From NCBI GenBank assembly GCA_964607625.1, contig CAZSMB010000001.1, forward strand, positions 6,090 through 70,089: DNA of 64,000 nucleotides. Reading direction: 5' to 3'. The notes beneath the pieces are model-generated. The model was not told the origin of the DNA. It did no database searches and saw only the letters and a program-made list of their open reading frames with translations. The position numbers and the translations under genes were made by a program. Of this stretch, positions 47,489 through 57,095 are shown in pieces (position 1 is the first letter of the stretch; the number at the start of each line of letters is the position of its first letter). Origin of the DNA: an uncultured Sphingopyxis sp. (GTDB lineage Bacteria > Pseudomonadota > Alphaproteobacteria > Sphingomonadales > Sphingomonadaceae).

Positions 47489-50122
47489 ATGGATGTGCGG
47501 TGGTTCGCGACGATTTCGGCTTTGGTCCTGGCGGCTGCGACGCCGGTGCAGGCGCGCGATGCGCAAGTGCTGTCCGACGGCTGGACGTTCCGCTTTGGCG
47601 TCACCGATGAATCGCCGGTCCGTCCAGCCGTCGACGAGGCCGAATGGACCGGGGTCGCGGTCCCGCATACCTGGAACCGTCTTGGCAACAAGGGCACCGA
47701 ACGCGACGCGACGATCAACGCCGAACGCGGCATCGGCTGGTATCGCCGGGCACTATGCGCCCCGGCGGCGGGCCGGCGCAGTTTCCTGGAATTCGATGGG
47801 GCGAGCATCGTCGCCGACGTCTGGCTCAACGGCGTCAAGCTGGGCCGTCACGAAGGCGCCTTTTCGCGCTTCAGGGTCGACGCCACCGCCGCGATGCGGC
47901 CGGGGTGCGACAATCTGCTCGCCGTGCGGACCGACAACAGCAAGCCCGAACCGGGCAGCGCGACCTGGCATGTCGTGCCGCTGTCGGGCGATTTCATGAT
48001 GTTCGGCGGGCTCTATCGGCCGGTCACGCAGATCAGCGTGGATCCCGTGCATATCGACCTGATGGATCATGGCGGACCCGGCGTATACGGCCATGTCGCG
48101 GCCCTGAGCGATGCCGCGGCCGACGTCGTGGTGCGTACGCGCATCGCCAACGACGGTGCGCGGGCTTCGTCGGCGCGGCTGGCCATCGCCATCGAGGATG
48201 CCGATGGGCGCGTCGTCGCACGCGACGAGGGGCGGATGGCGCTCGCGGCAAAGGCGGTCGCCAGCGACGAGCGACGCCTACGCGTCGCGGATCCGCATCG
48301 ATGGGACGGGCTTGCCGATCCCTATCTTTATCGCATCGTCGCCGAAGTGCGCGATCCGGCGGGCAGGCTGCTCGATCGCGTCGAGCAGCCGCTGGGCCTG
48401 CGCACGATCGCGATCGATCCCGACAAGGGATTCTTCCTCAACGGCAAGCCATTGAAACTGCACGGCGTCTCGCGTCACCAGGATCGTTTCGCAAAGGGCT
48501 GGGCGATCGATGTCGCCGACCATGAAGAGGATATGGCGTTGATTCGCGAGCTAGGCGCGAACACGGTGCGGCTCTCTCACTATAACCAGGCGACGCCTTT
48601 TTACGACCTCGCCGACCGCAACGGCATGATCCTGTGGGCCGAATTGGGCTTGGTGAACCAGACGGCGCCGAAGGGCGTGCGCGACACCCCGCCCGCGATG
48701 CTGGCCAATGCCGAGATGCAGCTCACCGAATTGATCCGGCAGAATTACAACCATCCGTCGGTCGCAATGTGGTCGATCGGCAACGAGGTGACGAACTGGA
48801 GCTGGAAAGGGCTGACCCCCTCGAACCCGCGCCCGCTGATGGAGGCGCTGAACCGGCTCGCCAAGCGTGAGGACCCGACGCGCCCGACGACGATGGCGAG
48901 CTGTTGCGAGCCGATGCCGGGCGACGAGGACGAGCGCCCGATCCTGTCGGGGATCGCCGATACGGTCGGGTTCAACCTGTATATGGGCTGGTACGGCAAG
49001 GGGTATGTCGACGAGGTGGAGGGACTGGGCGCCCACCTGACCGAATTGCACCGCAAATTCCCCGGACTGCCGATCTCGCTCGGTGAATATGGCGGCGGCG
49101 GCGCGATCAGCCAGCACACCGACAATGTCCACGGCGGCAAGATCATGAATGTTTCCCGCCCCCAGCCCGAGGAAATCGAAAGCTATATCCACGAACGGTC
49201 GTGGGACCAGGTCAAGCGGCTCGACTGGCTGTACGGCGCGTGGGTGTGGCAGATGTTCGACGCGGCGAGCGAGGTCCGCGAAGAGGGCGATACCACCGAC
49301 GTCAACACCAAGGGGCTCGTCAGCTTCGACCGCAAGGTGAAGAAGGACGCCTTTTATTTCTACAAGGCGGCGTGGCGGCGCGACGTGCCGGTGCTTCACC
49401 TGACGGGCAAGCGCTATGTCGACCGCGCCTATCGCACGGTCGATGTCCGCGCCTATTCCAACCAGCCGCGCGCGCGGCTTTCGGTCAACGGTCGCGATGT
49501 CGGCTGGACGGGCTGTGCCGACGCGGTCTGCGTCTGGAAGGCGGTCCGCCTCGACCCCGGCGCGAACAGCCTGGTCGCCGAAGCCGGGGCGGTGCGCGAC
49601 ACCGCCGAATGGCGCTATGACGGCGGCGCGAGGGACGTCCATATCCGCAGCGGGACGCTGACCGGCGCGGTCGTGGACGGGGTTCGCTATGGCTCCGACA
49701 ATTATTTCGAAGGCGGCAAGGGCGTTCCGCTCAACCGCTTCCGCCGCGAAATCTACGCCGCGCCGGGTAGCGAGGCACAGGATCCACAATTGCGGGTCGC
49801 CGGCGCCGAGGCCCCCGCGCTGTATGAAAATTATCGCACCGGCCTTGCCGCCTATCGGGTTCCGGTGGCGAACGGCCGCTATCGGGTGACGCTGCACCTG
49901 TTCGAGCCGGTCGAGGAAGCGGCGGGCAAGCGCGTCTTCGACGTCGCGGTCAGCGGCGGCGCGGTGCGGCGTGCGGTCGATCCGTTCGCGCTGGGGAAGG
50001 GGAAGCTGAAGGCCGTCACGATCCGCCTGTCCGCGACGGTTTCCGACGGGATGCTGAGGATCGACTTTACGCCGCGCGTCGGCGAACCGATCGTGTCGGC
50101 GGTCGATATCGTCGCCGAATAG
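47489..50122 (+). CDS. Secreted GH2 glycosidase with C-terminal malectin-like domain
   Basis: VPHTWN, FGGLYRPV, GVSRHQD, RLSHY, acid/base motif WSIGNE, nucleophile motif GEYG and GKRVFDV. The start may instead be GTG at 47495. Confidence 0.9.
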   Translation: MDVRWFATISALVLAAATPVQARDAQVLSDGWTFRFGVTDESPVRPAVDEAEWTGVAVPHTWNRLGNKGTERDATINAERGIGWYRRALCAPAAGRRSFLEFDGASIVADVWLNGVKLGRHEGAFSRFRVDATAAMRPGCDNLLAVRTDNSKPEPGSATWHVVPLSGDFMMFGGLYRPVTQISVDPVHIDLMDHGGPGVYGHVAALSDAAADVVVRTRIANDGARASSARLAIAIEDADGRVVARDEGRMALAAKAVASDERRLRVADPHRWDGLADPYLYRIVAEVRDPAGRLLDRVEQPLGLRTIAIDPDKGFFLNGKPLKLHGVSRHQDRFAKGWAIDVADHEEDMALIRELGANTVRLSHYNQATPFYDLADRNGMILWAELGLVNQTAPKGVRDTPPAMLANAEMQLTELIRQNYNHPSVAMWSIGNEVTNWSWKGLTPSNPRPLMEALNRLAKREDPTRPTTMASCCEPMPGDEDERPILSGIADTVGFNLYMGWYGKGYVDEVEGLGAHLTELHRKFPGLPISLGEYGGGGAISQHTDNVHGGKIMNVSRPQPEEIESYIHERSWDQVKRLDWLYGAWVWQMFDAASEVREEGDTTDVNTKGLVSFDRKVKKDAFYFYKAAWRRDVPVLHLTGKRYVDRAYRTVDVRAYSNQPRARLSVNGRDVGWTGCADAVCVWKAVRLDPGANSLVAEAGAVRDTAEWRYDGGARDVHIRSGTLTGAVVDGVRYGSDNYFEGGKGVPLNRFRREIYAAPGSEAQDPQLRVAGAEAPALYENYRTGLAAYRVPVANGRYRVTLHLFEPVEEAAGKRVFDVAVSGGAVRRAVDPFALGKGKLKAVTIRLSATVSDGMLRIDFTPRVGEPIVSAVDIVAE

Positions 50123-50128
50123 GGGGCG

Positions 50129-50893
50129 TCAGAAGGCGTGGAGCGCGCCGCCGTCGACCGCGAGCACCTGTCCGGTGACGTAGGCGGCGGCGGGCGAGGC
50201 GAGATACTGCATCGCCAGCCCGACATCCTCAGGTGTCCCGAAACGGCCCATCGGAATACGGCGGTCGATCCGCTCGACCCGCGCCGGGTCCCTGGCACTC
50301 GCGCTCTGGAACAGCGGCGTGTCGATCCAGCCCGGCGCGACCGCGTTGACGCGCACGCCGCGAGGCGCGAGCTCGGTCGCCAGCGAGCGGGTCAGGCCGA
50401 CGAGCGCCGCCTTCGCCGCCGAATAGCCCGCGATCTCGGGAATGCCGAGGAACGAGGCCATCGACGCGGTAAAGAGGATCGATCCGGCGCCATGCGCCGC
50501 GATCTGGGGCAGGAATGCGCGGGTGAGGGCGAACGCGCCCGATACATGGACGTCGAGCACCGACTGAAACTCGCCCGGCGTCATCGTGTCGACGGGCTTT
50601 TTGACGGTGTTGCCTGCATTGTTGACGAGAATCGATACCGGCCCGTGCGTATCGGCGATGCGCGCCGCGAAATCCGCGGCGCGGTCGACTGCGGTGACGT
50701 CGAACACGTCAGCCGCGGCATCGCCGAGCGCGGCCTGCGCGCGCGCCAGCTTTGCCGCGTCGGTGCCGACGATCGTCACCGCGGCCCCCGCACGGGCCAT
50801 GCACCGCGCCGTGGCCAAGCCAAGCCCGCTGCCGCCGCCGGTGATCAGGGCATGATGGCCGGAGAGCGCGAAGGGCGACGGTGTGTCGGACAT
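50129..50893 (-). CDS. SDR, gluconate 5-dehydrogenase/KduD-like
   Basis: TGGGSGLG, NNAG, YSAAK, APGWIDT and IPMGRFG. Confidence 0.75.
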   Translation of the reverse strand: MSDTPSPFALSGHHALITGGGSGLGLATARCMARAGAAVTIVGTDAAKLARAQAALGDAAADVFDVTAVDRAADFAARIADTHGPVSILVNNAGNTVKKPVDTMTPGEFQSVLDVHVSGAFALTRAFLPQIAAHGAGSILFTASMASFLGIPEIAGYSAAKAALVGLTRSLATELAPRGVRVNAVAPGWIDTPLFQSASARDPARVERIDRRIPMGRFGTPEDVGLAMQYLASPAAAYVTGQVLAVDGGALHAF

Positions 50894-50916
50894 GGCCTTC
50901 TCCCCGGCCGGCGCCG

Positions 50917-52359
50917 TCAGTCGGCGGTGTAGACGGTCTTGACCTGCGTGTAGAATTCGACCGCGGCGAACCCTTGTTCGCGTGGGCCATAGCTCGATCC
51001 GCGCGTTCCGCCGAAGGGGACGTGATAATCGACCCCCGCGGTCGGCAGGTTGACCATCACCATCCCGGCGCGAACGTGGCGGCGGAAATGGCGGGCGTGT
51101 TTCAGCGAGCCGGTGACGATACCTGCGGACAGGCCGAAGTTGCCGCGATTGGCCAGATCGAGCGCCTCCTCATAGTCGCGTACCCGTACCGTCGAGACCA
51201 AGGGCCCGAACACCTCTTCGGTATTGATCCGCATGTCGGGCGCGGTATCGGCGACGAGTGCGGGGCGCATGTAATAGCCGGGGGTCGACAGCCGCAGCGC
51301 CTCGCCGCCGGTGACGAGGCGTCCGCCTTCCTGCTGCGCCAGTTCGACGTAGCGAAGATTCTGCGCGAATTGCTGCTCGCTCGCGGCGGGACCGACCTGG
51401 GTGCCCGGGTCGAGCGCCGCGCCGACCGTCAGCGCCTGCGCGCGTTCGGCGAGCGCGGTGACGAACCGGTCGTGGATCGCATCCTCGACGATAACGCGGC
51501 TCGACGCGGTGCAGCGCTGGCCGGTCTGGAAGAAGCCGCCGTCGAGTGCGATCGCGACCGCCTTGTCGAGATCGGCATCGGCAAGGACGACGAGGGGATT
51601 CTTGCCCCCCATCTCCATCTGTACGCGGGCTTGCCGCGCCATGGCCGCGACGCCGACCTTGGCCCCGACCTCCTGCGACCCGGTGAAGCTGACCCCGGCA
51701 ATATCGGGGTGCGAGGCGATCGCCGACCCGACGCCGCCCTGGCCGAGCACCAGATTGAAGATACCGGCCGGCGCGTTGAGCTCGTCGGCGACTTCGTGGA
51801 TGATCGCCGCGAGTGCGTGGGCGGTCGCGGGGGTCGAATTCGCGGGCTTCAGCACGACGGTATTGCCGAAGGCCAGCGCCGGTGCCGCCTTCCACGCCGG
51901 AATGGCGATCGGGAAGTTCCACGGCGTGATCAGGCCGAAGACGCCGACCGCTTCGCGATAGGTGGCGGCGTCGACACCGGGGCGCGTCGATTCGAGGGTG
52001 AGACCGTGGCGGCGCAGCGCCTCGCCGGCGAAATATTTGAAGATGCGCGCGGCGCGCATCACCTCGCCCGTCGCTTCGGCGCGAGTCTTGCCTTCTTCGC
52101 GGGCGAGGAGCTCGCCGAGTGCGGCGGACCGGGCAAACAGGGCGGTTCCGACGCGGTCCAGCAGGTCCGATCGCAGCTCGGGCGTCGCTCGCGACCAGGC
52201 CGGAAACGCCGCGTGGGCGGCGGCGACCGCCCGGTCGACATCGCTGGCGTCACCGGCCGGATAGGTCGCGACGACCTCGTCGGTGTCGGACGGGTTCAGG
52301 CTTTCGAAGGGCGTGTCGGCGGCGACGGCGGTGCCGCCGATGAAATGGGTGAGCTGCAT
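50917..52359 (-). CDS. Aldehyde dehydrogenase (alpha-ketoglutaric semialdehyde dehydrogenase-like)
   Basis: ITPWNFPIAIPAWK, FTGS, EMGGKNP, GQRCTAS, EEVFGP and SSYGPREQG. Confidence 0.82.
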   Translation of the reverse strand: MQLTHFIGGTAVAADTPFESLNPSDTDEVVATYPAGDASDVDRAVAAAHAAFPAWSRATPELRSDLLDRVGTALFARSAALGELLAREEGKTRAEATGEVMRAARIFKYFAGEALRRHGLTLESTRPGVDAATYREAVGVFGLITPWNFPIAIPAWKAAPALAFGNTVVLKPANSTPATAHALAAIIHEVADELNAPAGIFNLVLGQGGVGSAIASHPDIAGVSFTGSQEVGAKVGVAAMARQARVQMEMGGKNPLVVLADADLDKAVAIALDGGFFQTGQRCTASSRVIVEDAIHDRFVTALAERAQALTVGAALDPGTQVGPAASEQQFAQNLRYVELAQQEGGRLVTGGEALRLSTPGYYMRPALVADTAPDMRINTEEVFGPLVSTVRVRDYEEALDLANRGNFGLSAGIVTGSLKHARHFRRHVRAGMVMVNLPTAGVDYHVPFGGTRGSSYGPREQGFAAVEFYTQVKTVYTAD

Positions 52360-52503
52360 GATGGTCCTCGCTGGCCGGTTGCACGACGAAAAGGGCGAAT
52401 GGACAAGGCGGGCGTCGCGCCGCGCCTTCCGAATCCGCTTATACTCGGCACCAGGGCGGGGCGTAAATAGAAATATCGTATGATTATATGGGCGATCCGG
52501 CGA

Positions 52504-54843
52504 TCAGGCGAAATCGTCGGCGTCCAGACGGATCGACCGGCCGGGGGTGCCGCGAATCCGCGCCCGCCCGGCGGGGCTGCGCACCTCGAAATCGACCGGC
52601 CGTTCGGGGTGGAGGTCGACATGTTCGATCTGACCGTCCCGCCACGCGAGGTCGACCGTGCAGCCGCCGCGGACCCGGACGCCGCGCAGCGCGCCTTCGC
52701 GCCATGACGGGGGAAGGGCGGGCAGCAGGTCGATCGACGTGCCGTCGCCCTGAACCAGCATCTCCGCAATGCCGGCCGCGCCGCCGAAATTGCCGTCGAT
52801 CTGGAAGGGCGGATGCGCGTCGAGCATATCGGGATAGGTCCGGCCGGGCGAGAGCAGGTCGATCAGGATACGATGCGCGCGCGCGCCGTCGCGCAGCCGC
52901 GCCCACAGGTTGAGCCGCCATCCGAGACCCCACCCGGTCGCATCGTCGCCGCGCATGTCGAGCGATGTGCGCGCGGCTGCGGCGAGGTCGGGCGTGCCGC
53001 GCGCATCGATCTGGAAGCTGGGATACAGCGCATAGAGATGCGAGACATGGCGGTGGTGCGGGTCCGGCGCGTCGGCGTCCCAGTCCGCCTGCCACTCCTG
53101 AAGCTGCCCGCCGCCGCCGATCCGCAGCGGCGCCAGCCGGGCGCGCATCGCCGCCATCTCGCCACGCAAGGCGGGATCCCGATCGAGCAGTTCGGCCGCC
53201 TGGCCGGCGCGATCGAACAGGTCGCGCAGGATCGCCATGTCCATCGTCGGCCCGGCGCACAGCGTGCTGCCATGACCATGATCATTCTCCGGCGAAAGCG
53301 AGGGATTGGTGACCATGAACCCCGTCGCCGGGTCGCGCACCAGCGTGTCGAGGAAGAATTGCGCCGCGCCGCGCAGCAGCGGATAGATGCGATCGAGCCA
53401 GTGGCGGTCGCGGTGGTAATCCCAATGATCCCAAAGCTGGCAGGCGAGCCAGGCGCCGCCCGTCGGCCACAGACCGGTGCGGGCGTGGTCGACGGGTCCC
53501 GACGCGCGCCACAAGTCGGTGTTGTGATGCGCCACCCAGCCGCGCGCGCCATACATGTCCCGTGCCGTGCGGGCGCCCGACACCGCCAGTTCCTCGACCA
53601 TCCGCACCAGCGGCTCGATACATTCGGCCAGGTTGGCGCTGTCGACCGGCCAATAGTTCATCTGGGTGTTGATGTTGATCGTGTATTTCGAGCCCCACGG
53701 CGGCTGGTTATGCTCGTTCCATATTCCCTGAAGGTTCGCGGGCTGGCTGCCGGGGCGCGAACTCGCCAGCATCAGATAGCGGCCGAACTGGAAATAGAGG
53801 GCCGCCAGCGACGGGTCGTCGCCGTCGGCGGCGTGTTCGAGCCGCTGGTCGGTCGGTTGATGGGCGCGCTTGCCGCGCGGCAGATCGAGCGCGACGCGGC
53901 GAAACAATCGTCGATGCTCGGTGACGTGCCGTGCGCGCAGGTCGGTCAGTGGCCGCGCCGCGGCGGTGTCGAGTGCTGTGCGTACCCGCGCCGCCGGGTC
54001 GCCCGATACGTCGGTCGGCGACCGGTGGCTGGTTGCCGCGGCAAACAGCAGCAGGATGGCGCGCGCGCCGGTCACGCGCAGCGTCGCGCCGTCGGCGGCG
54101 GCCTCGCCGCCCTCGACCAGCACCCGCGCCCGCGCCTCGAACGACAGGCGCCCCGCGATTCCCCGGTCGGCGTTGTTTCGCCCGCGCATGATCAGGTCGG
54201 TTCCGCTGGCTTCGATACGGGCGCGCTGGCCCGAACTCAGCGAGAATTCGGCATCGATCGGAGCGCCCCCGCCGCCGATGGCCACAACGATCACGCCATC
54301 GACCGAAGAGGCGAAGACCTCTCGCGTATAGGCGACGCCGTCTGCGACGAACTGCGTTCGCGCGATCGCGGTGTCGAGGTCGAGTTCGCGGCGATAGTCG
54401 GTCGCGCTGGTCTCGTTGACCGCGAGCAGGTCGATATGGAGATCGCCGAGCGCCTGATAGGCCATTTCGCGCATCGGCACGGCCTGAATATCGGCGTCGG
54501 CCAGTTCTTCCGCCTCGGCGTGACGGCCCGCGAAGATCAGGTCGCGGACCTTTGGCAGCGCGGCGCGCGCACGCGGATTGACGTTCGAATAGGGGCCGCC
54601 CGACCATAAGCTGTCTTCGTTGAGTTGCAGGCGTTCGCGCTTGATGCCGCCAAAGACCATCGCGCCGCGATGCCCGTTGCCGACCGGCAGCGCCTCGGTC
54701 CACATGTTCGCGGGCTTGCCGTACCAGAGCAGGGAGCGATGGACGGGCTCCGCCGCGCTCGCCGACGCCGAGGCGAGCAGACCGGGAGCGACGGGTGCGA
54801 CCAGCCCGGCCTGCAACAGGGACCGCCGCGACATATCCATCAT
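52504..54843 (-). CDS. Tat-exported GH95 (alpha-L-fucosidase/alpha-L-galactosidase)
   Basis: SRRSLLQ; EALPVGNG, NEDSLW, FQFGRYL, YTININTQMNYW, SPEN, HRHVSHL and PFQIDGNFG. Confidence 0.92.
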   Translation of the reverse strand: MMDMSRRSLLQAGLVAPVAPGLLASASASAAEPVHRSLLWYGKPANMWTEALPVGNGHRGAMVFGGIKRERLQLNEDSLWSGGPYSNVNPRARAALPKVRDLIFAGRHAEAEELADADIQAVPMREMAYQALGDLHIDLLAVNETSATDYRRELDLDTAIARTQFVADGVAYTREVFASSVDGVIVVAIGGGGAPIDAEFSLSSGQRARIEASGTDLIMRGRNNADRGIAGRLSFEARARVLVEGGEAAADGATLRVTGARAILLLFAAATSHRSPTDVSGDPAARVRTALDTAAARPLTDLRARHVTEHRRLFRRVALDLPRGKRAHQPTDQRLEHAADGDDPSLAALYFQFGRYLMLASSRPGSQPANLQGIWNEHNQPPWGSKYTININTQMNYWPVDSANLAECIEPLVRMVEELAVSGARTARDMYGARGWVAHHNTDLWRASGPVDHARTGLWPTGGAWLACQLWDHWDYHRDRHWLDRIYPLLRGAAQFFLDTLVRDPATGFMVTNPSLSPENDHGHGSTLCAGPTMDMAILRDLFDRAGQAAELLDRDPALRGEMAAMRARLAPLRIGGGGQLQEWQADWDADAPDPHHRHVSHLYALYPSFQIDARGTPDLAAAARTSLDMRGDDATGWGLGWRLNLWARLRDGARAHRILIDLLSPGRTYPDMLDAHPPFQIDGNFGGAAGIAEMLVQGDGTSIDLLPALPPSWREGALRGVRVRGGCTVDLAWRDGQIEHVDLHPERPVDFEVRSPAGRARIRGTPGRSIRLDADDFA

Positions 54844-54972
54844 CACTCTCCTGACCCGCATTTTATATCTGATAACAATTTGATCATTTATTCGACCAAT
54901 GCAAGCGGCATGCGCTGACAACGGTGACAGCGCCGTCCCGATGCGATATCCGCAAGCGGTGAAGGAGACGCC

Positions 54973-55728
54973 ATGACCAAAGCCGCCGCGCCCAAACTCT
55001 ATCAGGCGATCATCGACGCCCTCCAGGCCGATATCGCCGCCGGGCGCTACAAGGCGGGCGACCGCCTGCCGCCCGAGCGCGTGCTGGTCGAGCGATTCGA
55101 CGTCAGCCGCCTGACGGTGCGCGAGGCGATGATCGGAATGGAGATATTGGGCCTGGTCGAGGCGCGGCGCGGGTCGGGGGTTTATGTGACCGAGCGGCCG
55201 AGCGGCGCGATCGACGCCAGCGAGCTCGACATCGGCGCGTTCGAGCTTACGGAGGCACGGCGGCTGATCGAAGGGGAATGTGCGGCGCTGGCGGCGATCA
55301 CCGCCGACGAGGCCGCGATCGCGCGACTTCGCGAAATCCTCGACGCGATGATCGAGGAAAACAAGGGCGAGCTTCGCGACGAGCTCGCCGATCGCGCGTT
55401 TCACGTCCAGATCGCGCGGGCCACGAACAATGACGCGATGGTGCTGGTGATCCAGACCTTGTGGGACATTCGCCACCGGTCGCCGCTGTGCGAACGGATG
55501 CTCGCCCGGTCGCGGGCCGCGGGGATCAAGCCGATGATCGACGATCACCGCGCGATCATCGACGCGATCGCGGCGCACGACGGCCCCGGTGCGCGACAGG
55601 CGATGCGCGATCATCTGGGCCGCGTCATCGACAACCTTCTCCGTGCGACCGAGTTGGACGGGATTCGCCGCGTCCAGGCCGAGGCGGCCGAGCTGCGGAC
55701 GCGCACCGAGCGGCTCGCCGCGTTCTGA
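54973..55728 (+). CDS. FadR/GntR-family regulator
   Basis: GDRLPPER, VSRLTVREA, GSGVYV and an FCD domain. Confidence 0.92.
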   Translation: MTKAAAPKLYQAIIDALQADIAAGRYKAGDRLPPERVLVERFDVSRLTVREAMIGMEILGLVEARRGSGVYVTERPSGAIDASELDIGAFELTEARRLIEGECAALAAITADEAAIARLREILDAMIEENKGELRDELADRAFHVQIARATNNDAMVLVIQTLWDIRHRSPLCERMLARSRAAGIKPMIDDHRAIIDAIAAHDGPGARQAMRDHLGRVIDNLLRATELDGIRRVQAEAAELRTRTERLAAF

Positions 55729-55823
55729 TGCCCCTGACGGGGCGGGGCCATCGATCGCCCCCGACTTTCACCTTCCCCCTTGCCTATCAGCAAGCGTTCA
55801 GGCAATTAGTCTGATAACTTAGA

Positions 55824-57095
55824 GTGAAAGGACGTGAGGTGGGAGAGTTGGGCGAGGCCGGATCGACGGCAGGCAATGGCGGTGCGCTGCGCATTCGCGA
55901 TGCACGGGTGATCGTCACCTGTCCCGGGCGCAATTTCGTCACGCTGAAGATCGAAACCGATGCAGGTGTGACGGGAATCGGCGACGCGACGCTCAACGGC
56001 CGCGAACTGGCGGTCGTCAGCTATCTGGCCGACCATGTGATCCCCAATCTGATCGGTCGCGACGCCCATCGTATCGAGGATATCTGGCAGTTTCTGTATC
56101 GCGGCGCCTATTGGCGGCGCGGGCCGGTGACGATGTCGGCGATCGCCGCCGTGGACACCGCGCTGTGGGACATCAAGGCGAAGGCGGCGGGAATGCCGCT
56201 GCATCAGCTGCTCGGCGGGCGTTCGCGCGAGGGCGTGCTCGTCTACGGCCATGCGAACGGGGCGGATATCGAAGAAACGGTCGACCAGGTCGGCGTCTAT
56301 CGCGACATGGGGTATCGTGCCGTGCGCGCGCAAAGCGGAATACCCGGGGTCCGCGGCGCCTATGGCGTCGGCCGCGGCGATCTTTACTACGAACCCGCCG
56401 ACGGTGCCTTGCCGACCGAAACCCTGTGGTCGACGAGCGCCTATCTGACGCATGCGCCCAAGCTGTTCGAACGATTGCGCGCGGTGCACGGCGACGAGGT
56501 CGAGCTGCTCCACGACGTGCATCATCGGCTGACCCCGATCGAGGCGGCGCGGCTTGGCAAGGCGCTGGAGCCCTATCGTCTCTTCTGGCTCGAGGATGCG
56601 ACCCCGGCGGAGAATCAGGAGGCGTTCCGCCTGATCCGCCAGCACACGGTGACGCCGCTTGCGGTCGGCGAGATATTCAACAGCATCTGGGATTGCCGCG
56701 AGCTGATCCAGAACCAGCTGATCGATTATATCCGGGCGACCGTTGTTCATGCCGGGGGGATCACCCACCTGCGGCGCATCGCCGACCTCGCCAGCCTGTA
56801 CCAGGTTCGCACGGGCTGTCATGGGGCCACCGATCTGTCGCCCGTGTGCATGGGGGCGGCGCTGCACTTCGACAGCTGGGTCCCGAATTTCGGGATCCAG
56901 GAATATATGCGGCACAGCCCCGAAACCGACGCCGTATTCCCGCATGATTATCGGTTCGAGGACGGGTATCTGATCGCGGGCGACACGCCCGGCCACGGCG
57001 TCGAGATCGACGAGACGCTGGCGGCGCGATACCCCTATGACCCGAAACAGCTTCCGGTCGCGCGGCTGGCGGACGGCACGCTGTGGAACTGGTGA
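55824..57095 (+). CDS. manD: D-mannonate dehydratase (ManD/RspA, enolase superfamily)
   Basis: [37 protein letters not shown] and HGATDLSP. Exact start is uncertain (55824-55848). Confidence 0.9.
   Translation: MKGREVGELGEAGSTAGNGGALRIRDARVIVTCPGRNFVTLKIETDAGVTGIGDATLNGRELAVVSYLADHVIPNLIGRDAHRIEDIWQFLYRGAYWRRGPVTMSAIAAVDTALWDIKAKAAGMPLHQLLGGRSREGVLVYGHANGADIEETVDQVGVYRDMGYRAVRAQSGIPGVRGAYGVGRGDLYYEPADGALPTETLWSTSAYLTHAPKLFERLRAVHGDEVELLHDVHHRLTPIEAARLGKALEPYRLFWLEDATPAENQEAFRLIRQHTVTPLAVGEIFNSIWDCRELIQNQLIDYIRATVVHAGGITHLRRIADLASLYQVRTGCHGATDLSPVCMGAALHFDSWVPNFGIQEYMRHSPETDAVFPHDYRFEDGYLIAGDTPGHGVEIDETLAARYPYDPKQLPVARLADGTLWNW

Noticed and set aside
52504-55614. Apparent 1036-aa GH95 with a long N-terminal extension
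   Set aside because: The extension is antisense to the FadR gene; the SD and Tat motif place the real start at about 54843.
54869-55820. CTGATAAC half-sites flanking the FadR gene (about 54869 and 55811)
   Set aside because: Possibly an operator, but too short and too few to separate from motif B or from chance.
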